A stretch of DNA of 64,000 nucleotides from Clostridia bacterium (lineage in GTDB: Bacteria; Bacillota; Clostridia; Oscillospirales; CAG-272), in the NCBI GenBank assembly GCA_017625755.1, contig JAGAKG010000041.1, positions 65,709 through 129,708 on the forward strand, written 5' to 3'. Positions 55,615 through 64,000 of this stretch are shown here, piece after piece. Numbering within the stretch: the stretch's first letter is position 1; each line of letters opens with the position of its first letter. Made by a program: the position numbers and the translations under genes. The notes under the pieces were generated by a model that had not been told where the DNA came from, did no database searches, and worked only from the letters and a program-made list of their open reading frames with translations.

Positions 55615-56292
55615 ATGGTTGTCGGAATTATATTAATGATAGCGAGCGTATTCTTGTTCATTATGGCAATGACGGTATTTTTACCTAAGGCTATGTTAAA
55701 GCCAAAATGCAGGATCAAGGCTCCCGAGGGCAGAGGGATAAAGAGGGTGCTTCTCAACGGAAACCGCTGTATAGTTTATAAGGCATCAAGCGAGGTTGGA
55801 AAGTATATCGATCAGTATCTTATATATGACGACAACGGTACGAAAATACTAAGATGCAAGACAAACGGCAGAGTAAGATATCTTGATTATGACATTGTAA
55901 TATTTGATTGCTCGGACAGAGCAGTGGACGTTGTAAACGTAAAAGAGGATATAATAAAGGGCGATCTTACAAGACGAGTAGAGCTTCCTAAGGAAACCTC
56001 GTATGTAAGCATAGTTATCCGTCAGGCGGATAACGTAAACTATAAAAAGCCACCGCTTATGAATGTTTCGGGGAAAAGCATCTTTTTCTATTCGGTGCTT
56101 GCGTTTATATTTACATTTCTCGAAACCTTCGTTTTGAAGATAAGCTGCGCTTACGCATTTGGTGGGGTATTCAGAGAATCCTTCATTCAGTCGACAAGCT
56201 CCTTGGCTATAAGCATAGCGCTTTCGGTAGTGACGGCGTTTATAGGAGTGTTTACGGTAGTATACAGTATAAAGATCCGCGGAAAGCGCTGA
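55615..56292 (+). CDS. membrane protein (N-terminal TM, soluble beta-rich domain, C-terminal TMs)
   Basis: AAGGAGA RBS; hydrophobic segments. Confidence 0.5.
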   Translation: MVVGIILMIASVFLFIMAMTVFLPKAMLKPKCRIKAPEGRGIKRVLLNGNRCIVYKASSEVGKYIDQYLIYDDNGTKILRCKTNGRVRYLDYDIVIFDCSDRAVDVVNVKEDIIKGDLTRRVELPKETSYVSIVIRQADNVNYKKPPLMNVSGKSIFFYSVLAFIFTFLETFVLKISCAYAFGGVFRESFIQSTSSLAISIALSVVTAFIGVFTVVYSIKIRGKR

Positions 56293-56322
56293 TCAAAAAG
56301 AGTTAAAGGATAGGACTTTATA

Positions 56323-59300
56323 ATGCGAAAAGAAGATATAATTTCAAAGGGAAAATATTCATATGCTCAGCCTGAGCGTCTCATTTCCGTAAAGAATTAC
56401 CTCTTTGTGCGAAACGAGGATGGGAAAAAGGCTGTTTTGCTCCGTATGTCTAATGACAGAGATGAGGCTTGTACAAGGTTCGGCTTTGCTCTTTATCAGA
56501 TAGATTCAAAGGGAAGGGTAATTGGTGAGGAGCGCTTTGACAGCTCTGAAAAGGCGAATATAAAGCCAAATTCCGCATTTGCATTCGACAGACAGGTGAT
56601 CGTTTCGGAAAAATGTACGGGCTTTAAGATAAAGCTGCTTTACGCTACATACGGAGATTATTCCTATAAGATGGAGAACGACGATATTACGGTTGATTAT
56701 ACCGAGAAGATAAATTCACCTGTTGGCGCGCGCTCCGAGGAAAGGAAAATAAGACCGAGAAAAATAACTCACAGAGCAATAGAGCTACCGAAGATATACG
56801 CGATACTTGCGTTTTTCGTTTTGGCGGCGGCGCTTCTTATAATCGGAGTGCAGCTTAATTCCTTTAAAGAGGAGAATTACGAATTTACGCTCGAGGGCGT
56901 TGAATACGAGTTTATCGACAAGGAAGAAAACGAGGTAATAATCGTTGGCTGTACCGCAAAATACGAAAACATACTTATTCCGTCCGAGATTGAGGGCTGT
57001 AAGGTTGTCGGCGTTGAGGATGGCGCTTTCAGAAACGATTCTGTGATACGCAGAGTCAGAATAGAGGGCGTTGACGTAGGTGACGAGGCTTTTGCCGGCT
57101 GTGAAAATCTTGAGGAGGTTTTCCTTGTTGACGTAAGAAACGTTGGCGAAAGAGCCTTTTTCGGATGTGAATCATTAGAAAGCGTTACGTCAAGCGGATT
57201 AAGAAGCATAGATGACGAGGCGTTCGCGGAATGCGAAAGACTTGAAAGCGTTGACATCACCGGCGACGAGGAGAATGAGCTCATTCTTAGTATGGGCGAG
57301 CTTGTTTTTGCAGATTGCTCAAGGCTTAAAAGCGTTTCTATTTCTCAAGTTATAAAATACTCTGATGAAAAGGATATTTTCAGCGGATCTTATGCTATCG
57401 AAAAGCTCCATTTGGGAAGCTTCTGTTATACGATTCCCAACAAAAACGGATATGTTGCGGGCGAAAGCGCGATAATGGCGCTCTTTGGATATCCGTCGAA
57501 TACATCTAAGGTAAAGCTTAACGTTCTTTCGATTGACAATATAGACAAGATAGGAAACGAGTTCTGCTCGGGACTTGAAAATCTTAAAACCGTAAAAATA
57601 AATTCATCTGTAATAAGCTCGATAGGAAACGAGGCGTTTATGGATTGCCACAGTCTTAAAAACGTAGCTCTCAAGGGCTCTGTGGAATCGATAGGAAAAT
57701 ACGCGTTTGCGAATTCGGGCATAGTGAGCTTTGATGCAAGCGATGCGGTAGTAATAGGAGAAAGCGCGTTTGCAGGATGTGAAAATCTCAAGAACGTAAT
57801 GATAGATTCTCAATCTCCGCTTGAGGAGATAGGCAGCGAGGCGTTTGCGGGCTGTTCATCACTTGAAGGCATAGCTTGCCCTATCAGTCTTGTTATGATA
57901 GGCGATCACGCATTCGCGCGCAGCGGAATAAAGAGCCTTGCTCTTTCCGAAAATGTATACGTAATAGGCGACAGTATCCTTGAGGGATGTACTCAAATAG
58001 AAAATATGACGATCCCCTATCTTCCCGATATAGGAATGAGCTATTTCTTCGGTGAGGAGAAGGAAGGATATTTCGGATCTGTATCATCCGTTCCCGAATC
58101 GCTTTCATTCATAAAGATATGGGAATGTGCCGAGATCTCCGAGGGCGCGTTTAAAAATCTCAAGGGACTCAAAAAGGTAGAATTTCCGGAAGGACTTTTG
58201 GCTATCGGTGCTTATGCGTTTGACGGATGTCTTGCGCTTGAGGAATTTGAAATCCCCGAAACGGTTGTTTCAATAGGAAATTACGCATTCAGAAATTCCG
58301 GACTTTTAAGAGCTCACCTTCCTGAAACCGTAGAGAGCATAGGTCTTGGGGCTTACGAGGGCTGTGAGCATCTTACAGCGATAACCATTCCGTTCCTTGG
58401 TGAGGCTAAGGATTCCGAAAACAGACATTTCGGATATATATTCGGCGCGGAGCTTGTAACGGATGAGGATAAGATACCCCTCTCGCTTACAAACGTAACT
58501 CTTACCGATGATATAACCGAGATAGAGCCTTACGCATTCTACGACTGTGTGGGAGTTGTTAAATTTAATCTTCCCGCAGGAATAAAGACTGTTGGCGAAT
58601 ACGCATTTGCCGGCTGTGAAAAGCTTGCTTCAATAAACCTTACAGACGTAGTATCGATCGGTAAATACGCATTTTCAAATACGGCGCTTGTGTCGGTAAC
58701 GCTTCCCGAATATATAACTGAGATTCCCGAGGGACTTTTCAAGGACAGTGCTCAGCTTAAGGAAATAACTCTTTCGGAAAAGCTTACCTCGATAGGAAAG
58801 GACGCATTCTACGGATGTAAGTCGCTTGAATATATAATTCTTCCCGATACGCTCAATACGTTAAGCACGGGAGCGTTTGCAGAGAGCGGACTCAAAAGGA
58901 TTACTCTTTCGGAAAACGTTAAATCAATAGGACTCGGCGCACTTGCGGGATGCAGATCCTTGACTGAGCTTTCCGTATACTTTAATGAGGATTGCTCAAC
59001 GCTCGGATACATATTCGGCGGACTCGGAATAGTAGTTCCCGAAAGCTTGCGTACGGTTACTGTCGGCGGAGCTACAATTCTTAATTCAGGCTCGTTCAAT
59101 TCCTGCACGTATATAGAAGAGGTTTATGTGCTTGACGGAGTTATAAGCGTTGAGGCGAACGCATTCAAGGATTGCAAAAATTTAAGATACGTTGAGCTTC
59201 CCGAATCGCTTAGTCAGCTCCATTCAACTGCGTTTGCGGGAACATATAAGCTTATGGAGGTATTTTGCCCTAACTCCGATATGCAGGACGAAATTCAAAA

Positions 59301-61530
59301 CGCCTGCGAGCATATTCTTTCTCTCGGTACGGCGGAAAAAGCTCCTACCGTAACAACAACGGACGGATATAAATTCGCACAATACGCTGACGGCTGGTAT
59401 CTCGTAGGATATCCAAGGAGCGAGGTAATAACAGTTCCGACAACGTTCTCATACGGTATGGAAAAGATAAGCTCGTTTGCGATACCGAACAACCTTTTCC
59501 GCGACGATACCAAGATAAAAACAGTAATATTGCCTTCGTCCGTAACGTCGATAGGCTCAAGAGCCTTCTACAATTGTAAGGCGCTTGAAAGCGTAGATAT
59601 AAACGCTTCATCAACAATAACCGAAATAAGAAACGAAACCTTTGGTGCATCCTCGTCTCTTAAGTCGGTAAAATTCCCGAATACAGTAAAATCGATAGGA
59701 AACTACGCGTTTATAGGCTGCTCAAATCTTAAAACCGTAACCTCACCGACATCACTTGAGGCTATCGGAGAGGGCGCGTTCCAAAGCTGCTCATCTCTTG
59801 AGAGAATAGAGCTTCATTCAAAGCTTGGCTCAATAGGCACTAACGCATTCTATAAATGCACAAGACTTTACGATGTTTATAACTATTCGTCAATAGATCT
59901 CGTTGCAGGAGATGCAGCAAACGGATATGCCGCAAGATATGCGGTAAAGGTACATTCGTCCTCGTCTTCAAGCGCATCTAAAGAGATCGAAATATCCGGC
60001 ATCGGTATCTTCCGTAACGCAGGAACGGATTGGTTGCTTGTAAAGGGAATTGCAACAGGCGAACGAATAGAGCTTAAGGCGTTTAAGAACGGAAGTGTTC
60101 CGGTTTCGTCCTACCGCATAGCAGAAAATGCCTTTGCCGATAACCAAACAATCAAGGAGCTTGTAATAGGCTCGCAGGTTAAGCAGATACAAGCAGGCGC
60201 ATTTGCCAACTGCACATCGCTTGCAACGGCAGATCTTTCAACTGCATCGGCAAGAGAGATCGAGAGCGAAACGTTTGTCGGCTGTACAAATCTTCGTACC
60301 GTATCGCTTTCATCATCAGTAAAAAGCATTGGAGAAAATGCATTTGCTCAATGCGCTATGCTCCATACCGTAAATCTTCCCGCATATCTTGAAACAATAG
60401 GTAAGGGAGCATTTTTCGGATGTCAAAAACTCGTATCTATAGAGCTCGGTGAGAGTCTTGTATCTATAGGCAACGATGCGTTTGCAGGCTGTAATATGCT
60501 TTACGAGGTAATAGATCTTTCAAAGAAGATAGACGTTATAGCAGGTGATACCTCGTTCGGTAAGGTAGCGCTTAACGCAAAATATATATCTACCTCAAAA
60601 TACGATGCCTGTGACAAGATATACGAAAACGGAGTTTATCTTATAAAGCTCGGCGGCGAGTGGCTTGTTTATGCATCCGATTATAATCTTGATAAGAATT
60701 ATCTTGAGCTTCCCGACGGAGACGGAGCTCCCATAACGATAGGAAGCAACGCATTTATCGGAGCATCCTTTGTAGGAGTTATAGTGCCGGTTGAGGTATC
60801 GACCGTAGAGGAAGGCGCATTTAACGGAGTAAACGGACTTTCCACTGTTTACTATAAGGGCGACAGCGAGGAGTTTTCTAAGGTTATCGGAGGAGGCTTG
60901 CTCCCGTCCGAAAGATATTACTACGATATTTGCGTACACAATTGGGATCAATGGACTTATAAAAACGGCTCTCCGTCTATTCAGCCGTGTGAAACCGTTA
61001 CTGATTATCTTGCTCCTACCTGCTTTGCAGACGGACACGAGATAACGACCTGTACCTGCGACGGCTGCGATTACCGCGTTGAATTGATAGCGGATCAGCT
61101 TGAGCATAACTTTGTAAATTCAGTATGTACACACTGCGGCAAGGAGCAGATATTCCTTGACTCAACTAACGTACAGAGCTACGTAACAAGCGGACTTATC
61201 ACGCTTGATCAGTTTACGGTAGCAGACGGAGAGAATATTTTCGTATCCGAAAACAAAACGAACTCAAGCACAGCAACATTTACAATAACTGCTCAGGACA
61301 GCTTTATGATAATAAGCTTTACCTACGGCGTATCGTCCGAGCAGGGCGCTGATAAGCTTGCTATAAAGCATAACGGAGAAAGACTTGTTACAGTATCCGG
61401 AGAAAAATCGGAAACAATGACCGTAAAGCTTGAGGCAGGCGATACTCTCGTATTTGAATATTCAAAGGATTTTGCAAATTCCGAGGGTGAAGATATGGCG
61501 TACATTGAAAACATAGAAATCATCAAATAA
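56323..61530 (+). CDS. giant BspA-type leucine-rich-repeat protein with internal TM anchor
   Basis: ~150-aa N-domain, TM IYAILAFFVLAAALLIIGV. Dozens of IG..AF..C..L units. Cys-rich block CVHNW...CFADGHEITTCTCDGCDY...C.HCG. Confidence 0.75.
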   Translation: MRKEDIISKGKYSYAQPERLISVKNYLFVRNEDGKKAVLLRMSNDRDEACTRFGFALYQIDSKGRVIGEERFDSSEKANIKPNSAFAFDRQVIVSEKCTGFKIKLLYATYGDYSYKMENDDITVDYTEKINSPVGARSEERKIRPRKITHRAIELPKIYAILAFFVLAAALLIIGVQLNSFKEENYEFTLEGVEYEFIDKEENEVIIVGCTAKYENILIPSEIEGCKVVGVEDGAFRNDSVIRRVRIEGVDVGDEAFAGCENLEEVFLVDVRNVGERAFFGCESLESVTSSGLRSIDDEAFAECERLESVDITGDEENELILSMGELVFADCSRLKSVSISQVIKYSDEKDIFSGSYAIEKLHLGSFCYTIPNKNGYVAGESAIMALFGYPSNTSKVKLNVLSIDNIDKIGNEFCSGLENLKTVKINSSVISSIGNEAFMDCHSLKNVALKGSVESIGKYAFANSGIVSFDASDAVVIGESAFAGCENLKNVMIDSQSPLEEIGSEAFAGCSSLEGIACPISLVMIGDHAFARSGIKSLALSENVYVIGDSILEGCTQIENMTIPYLPDIGMSYFFGEEKEGYFGSVSSVPESLSFIKIWECAEISEGAFKNLKGLKKVEFPEGLLAIGAYAFDGCLALEEFEIPETVVSIGNYAFRNSGLLRAHLPETVESIGLGAYEGCEHLTAITIPFLGEAKDSENRHFGYIFGAELVTDEDKIPLSLTNVTLTDDITEIEPYAFYDCVGVVKFNLPAGIKTVGEYAFAGCEKLASINLTDVVSIGKYAFSNTALVSVTLPEYITEIPEGLFKDSAQLKEITLSEKLTSIGKDAFYGCKSLEYIILPDTLNTLSTGAFAESGLKRITLSENVKSIGLGALAGCRSLTELSVYFNEDCSTLGYIFGGLGIVVPESLRTVTVGGATILNSGSFNSCTYIEEVYVLDGVISVEANAFKDCKNLRYVELPESLSQLHSTAFAGTYKLMEVFCPNSDMQDEIQNACEHILSLGTAEKAPTVTTTDGYKFAQYADGWYLVGYPRSEVITVPTTFSYGMEKISSFAIPNNLFRDDTKIKTVILPSSVTSIGSRAFYNCKALESVDINASSTITEIRNETFGASSSLKSVKFPNTVKSIGNYAFIGCSNLKTVTSPTSLEAIGEGAFQSCSSLERIELHSKLGSIGTNAFYKCTRLYDVYNYSSIDLVAGDAANGYAARYAVKVHSSSSSSASKEIEISGIGIFRNAGTDWLLVKGIATGERIELKAFKNGSVPVSSYRIAENAFADNQTIKELVIGSQVKQIQAGAFANCTSLATADLSTASAREIESETFVGCTNLRTVSLSSSVKSIGENAFAQCAMLHTVNLPAYLETIGKGAFFGCQKLVSIELGESLVSIGNDAFAGCNMLYEVIDLSKKIDVIAGDTSFGKVALNAKYISTSKYDACDKIYENGVYLIKLGGEWLVYASDYNLDKNYLELPDGDGAPITIGSNAFIGASFVGVIVPVEVSTVEEGAFNGVNGLSTVYYKGDSEEFSKVIGGGLLPSERYYYDICVHNWDQWTYKNGSPSIQPCETVTDYLAPTCFADGHEITTCTCDGCDYRVELIADQLEHNFVNSVCTHCGKEQIFLDSTNVQSYVTSGLITLDQFTVADGENIFVSENKTNSSTATFTITAQDSFMIISFTYGVSSEQGADKLAIKHNGERLVTVSGEKSETMTVKLEAGDTLVFEYSKDFANSEGEDMAYIENIEIIK

Positions 61531-61553
61531 CTATTCTGATAGTGGAGCGAAAA

Positions 61554-64000
61554 ATGCTGAAATATAATGACATAATAGAAAAATTAACGGTAAAGCAAAA
61601 GATCGCATTACTTACAGATTCCCACGAGCTGATATCCGAGGATCTCAGCTCGCTCGGGATACCGTCGGTTTCGGTTTCGGGACTTTGGGATCACAACATA
61701 GGAGCTGATTCAGAGCCGATATTCCCGTCGGCGATCTCGCTTGCTAACTCGTGGAACGATGCGCTTTTCGGAGATGTTTGCGTAAAGCTTGCGTGGCTTT
61801 GCGCGCAAAACGGCTCAAACCTTTTCGTGCTTCCGAAAGCAAACGCAGCCAGCAGCTTTTACGGCACGCAGCTATCCGAGGACCCTTGTCTTAGCGGCAG
61901 GCTTATCTCCGGAGCTGTTAAGGCTATGAGCGCAAAGGGAATACCCGTATGTATGCAAGCTCCCGTATTTACTGACGAGGATGCCGATATGCTTGATAAG
62001 GAGCCTGATATTTCGACTCTTTACGCAAGAGGCGTAAGCCCGTTTAAAAAGGCGATAAATGCAGGAGCTGTAAACGCGGTGCTGTTTAACGAAAAATGCG
62101 AGGATAAAAAATATTCTCGCGCAAATAGCATTCTTCTTGATAAGGCCATTCCCACAGGCTTTACTAAAATAAGCAAAATAGATCAGGGAGAGGACACGTC
62201 CTCAGAGCTTTCAAAGGGCAATTTGCTCCTTGGCGGTTCATCCTCTGCTATTGAGATAGCATATGAGAACTATGTTCGTATACACCGTTCTATGCAGGAG
62301 GGCGGAGCTACCGTTCAGGAGCTTCAGATGACTCTTAAGGACGGCGCGGCAATAAGCGAGGAAATGATAGATGAGGCTCTTGATAAAAAGCTTGAGCTTG
62401 CGTTTTATTGCAAATCACACGTTCCTGCAGGCGAGGGTGACGGAATAGAGGCTCTTGCTTACGAGGCGGCGAAGGAGAGCATAGTTATGCTCAAGAACAG
62501 GCAAGGCAACCGTCAAAGCGCGCTTCCTCTTAAAAAGAACGAAAAGATCTGCATTATAGGCGATATAATCTCCGACGGAGAGGAAAAGACCTTCAAGGGC
62601 TTCAAAAATAAGCTCACCGATGCTCTTGAAGCGGTAAACGTTATCGGCTATGCACGCGGATACGATATAAATACCGACAGAAGCGAGGAGCTTTTAAATG
62701 AAGCTGCCAAAATGGCAGAGGGCGCGGATACTGTAATACTTTTCTTAGGTCTTGGCAGAGAAAGAGAGGAATCGTTAAGAGATACCTACCGCTTATCCTT
62801 GCCGGCAAATCAGCAGGCATTGGTGCATACCATTTCTCTTATGAAAAAGAAGATAATCGCTGTTATTTGCGGTGAGCATTTGCCGTCTATGGAATTTGAC
62901 AGACGCGCGGCAGCAACGCTGTTTGCTCCGCTTCAGGGAAGTATGGTGGCAAAGGCACTCGGCGAGATACTCATAGGCAAAAGCAATCCGTCGGGAAAGC
63001 TTGCGTATGCGGGCTACAATGATCCCGACGCAGACTTCCGTGAGATGCAAAAGACCAAAAAGGACGGAAAGAGAAAAATAGGTCCGTTCGTATGCTACAG
63101 ATACTTTGATTCAAGCATGCAAAAATCGAAATATCCGTTCGGATACGGAATATCATATTCGCAGGTATCGTATACATCGCTTTCGGTATCGCAAAAGAAA
63201 ATAACTCTTTCTATACAGAACACGAGCAACAGAGAGTGCAGTGAGGCGGTTCAAATATACGTTGGCAAGGACAAGAGCGCGGTTTTGCGTCCTATAAAGG
63301 AGCTTAAGGCGTGCGCTAAGGTTAAGCTTCGTCCCCGTCAAAGAATGCAGATAACTCTTAACCTCACCGATATGGAGGTTTACGATATCAAAAAGGGCGA
63401 GGCGCTTTGCGAAAGCGGCGGATATGTTATATACGCAGCGTCCTCGGCGTCAAGCGCGAGAATGTCGAAAAGAGCAATCATTTCGGGAGATATTCTTGGA
63501 AAAACACAATACAGACTATCCGATTACATCTATACGGTATCGAATATTCGCTCGGAAAACTATACAATGGAGGCATACTGTAAACCTATGAATAAAAAAT
63601 CAAAACTTAAAATGGCGGGCATATGGCTCATAGCCCTTATGATATTTGCCGATGTTATATACGGCGTTGGCGGACTTCTTATGGGAATCCCGTTTGAGCA
63701 GCATATTCTTTCGTTTGTTATAATAAATGCGATATGTCTTGCACTCGGTATGCTTATGACTATTATAGGCGCGGCAAGCAATAGCAGAAGACGCGCTGAG
63801 GCGGAAATGAAGGAAATTCAGGCGACAAAGGAGCTGTTCCGCGATGTTGAGCGCATAAACGCAAACGCGGTTGAGGATCTTTTCGTTCGTGAATTTGATA
63901 TGCTTTATGAGAAGGAATCGTCCGTTGAGGAGCAGATAATGCAAAAGGATGAGTCGACATACACCTATATGGCAGTAGATACCGACCTTCCTACAGTGGC
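61554..64000 (+). CDS. glycoside hydrolase family 3-like protein with C-terminal TM/coiled extension (3' end beyond window)
   Basis: Absent from the ORF track because no stop occurs before the window end; translated by hand. GH3-type start LTVKQKIALLT. C-domain and Fn3-like block KLAYAGYN...YPFGYGISY...EAVQIYVG. Confidence 0.65.
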   Translation, partial: MLKYNDIIEKLTVKQKIALLTDSHELISEDLSSLGIPSVSVSGLWDHNIGADSEPIFPSAISLANSWNDALFGDVCVKLAWLCAQNGSNLFVLPKANAASSFYGTQLSEDPCLSGRLISGAVKAMSAKGIPVCMQAPVFTDEDADMLDKEPDISTLYARGVSPFKKAINAGAVNAVLFNEKCEDKKYSRANSILLDKAIPTGFTKISKIDQGEDTSSELSKGNLLLGGSSSAIEIAYENYVRIHRSMQEGGATVQELQMTLKDGAAISEEMIDEALDKKLELAFYCKSHVPAGEGDGIEALAYEAAKESIVMLKNRQGNRQSALPLKKNEKICIIGDIISDGEEKTFKGFKNKLTDALEAVNVIGYARGYDINTDRSEELLNEAAKMAEGADTVILFLGLGREREESLRDTYRLSLPANQQALVHTISLMKKKIIAVICGEHLPSMEFDRRAAATLFAPLQGSMVAKALGEILIGKSNPSGKLAYAGYNDPDADFREMQKTKKDGKRKIGPFVCYRYFDSSMQKSKYPFGYGISYSQVSYTSLSVSQKKITLSIQNTSNRECSEAVQIYVGKDKSAVLRPIKELKACAKVKLRPRQRMQITLNLTDMEVYDIKKGEALCESGGYVIYAASSASSARMSKRAIISGDILGKTQYRLSDYIYTVSNIRSENYTMEAYCKPMNKKSKLKMAGIWLIALMIFADVIYGVGGLLMGIPFEQHILSFVIINAICLALGMLMTIIGAASNSRRRAEAEMKEIQATKELFRDVERINANAVEDLFVREFDMLYEKESSVEEQIMQKDESTYTYMAVDTDLPTV

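Overview
The window looks like a Firmicutes/Clostridia-type chromosome segment, an inference from gene content and RBS style. No database search was possible; all calls rest on motifs read by eye, gene order and hand alignment. Three parts are visible. (1) 1-9.7 kb is an accessory region. It holds the right end of a small integrative island: a 5'-truncated P4-family primase, an iteron-like array, three small ORFs, an orphan HK97-type capsid gene and two tandem large serine recombinases. It is followed by an AT-rich type II R-M cassette (RHH regulator, C5-cytosine methyltransferase, convergent PD-ExK endonuclease). (2) About 9,700-49,857 is a ~40 kb prophage inserted at the 3' end of tRNA-Ser(GGA). 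It is bounded by a 10-bp direct repeat (TTTGGCGGAG). It carries a large serine integrase, a lysogeny switch, ERF/NinB/SSB recombination and replication modules, DNA-modification genes, two phage tRNAs, a tandem DUF2829 (Tad2-like) gene and a terminase-portal-scaffold-capsid block. It also carries an LRR fibre, a complete diversity-generating retroelement (VR/TR pair plus RT), three membrane proteins and a 2,695-aa polyvalent giant protein. (3) 49.9-64 kb is host DNA: a repeat-rich lipoprotein split by a frameshift, an [FeFe]-hydrogenase-like gene, a 1,735-aa BspA-type LRR protein and a GH3-like gene running off the window. The strongest signals are the DGR, the integrase ORF that reads across attL, the Tad2-like gene, a well-formed ORF overprinted inside the giant gene, and the satellite-like left island.
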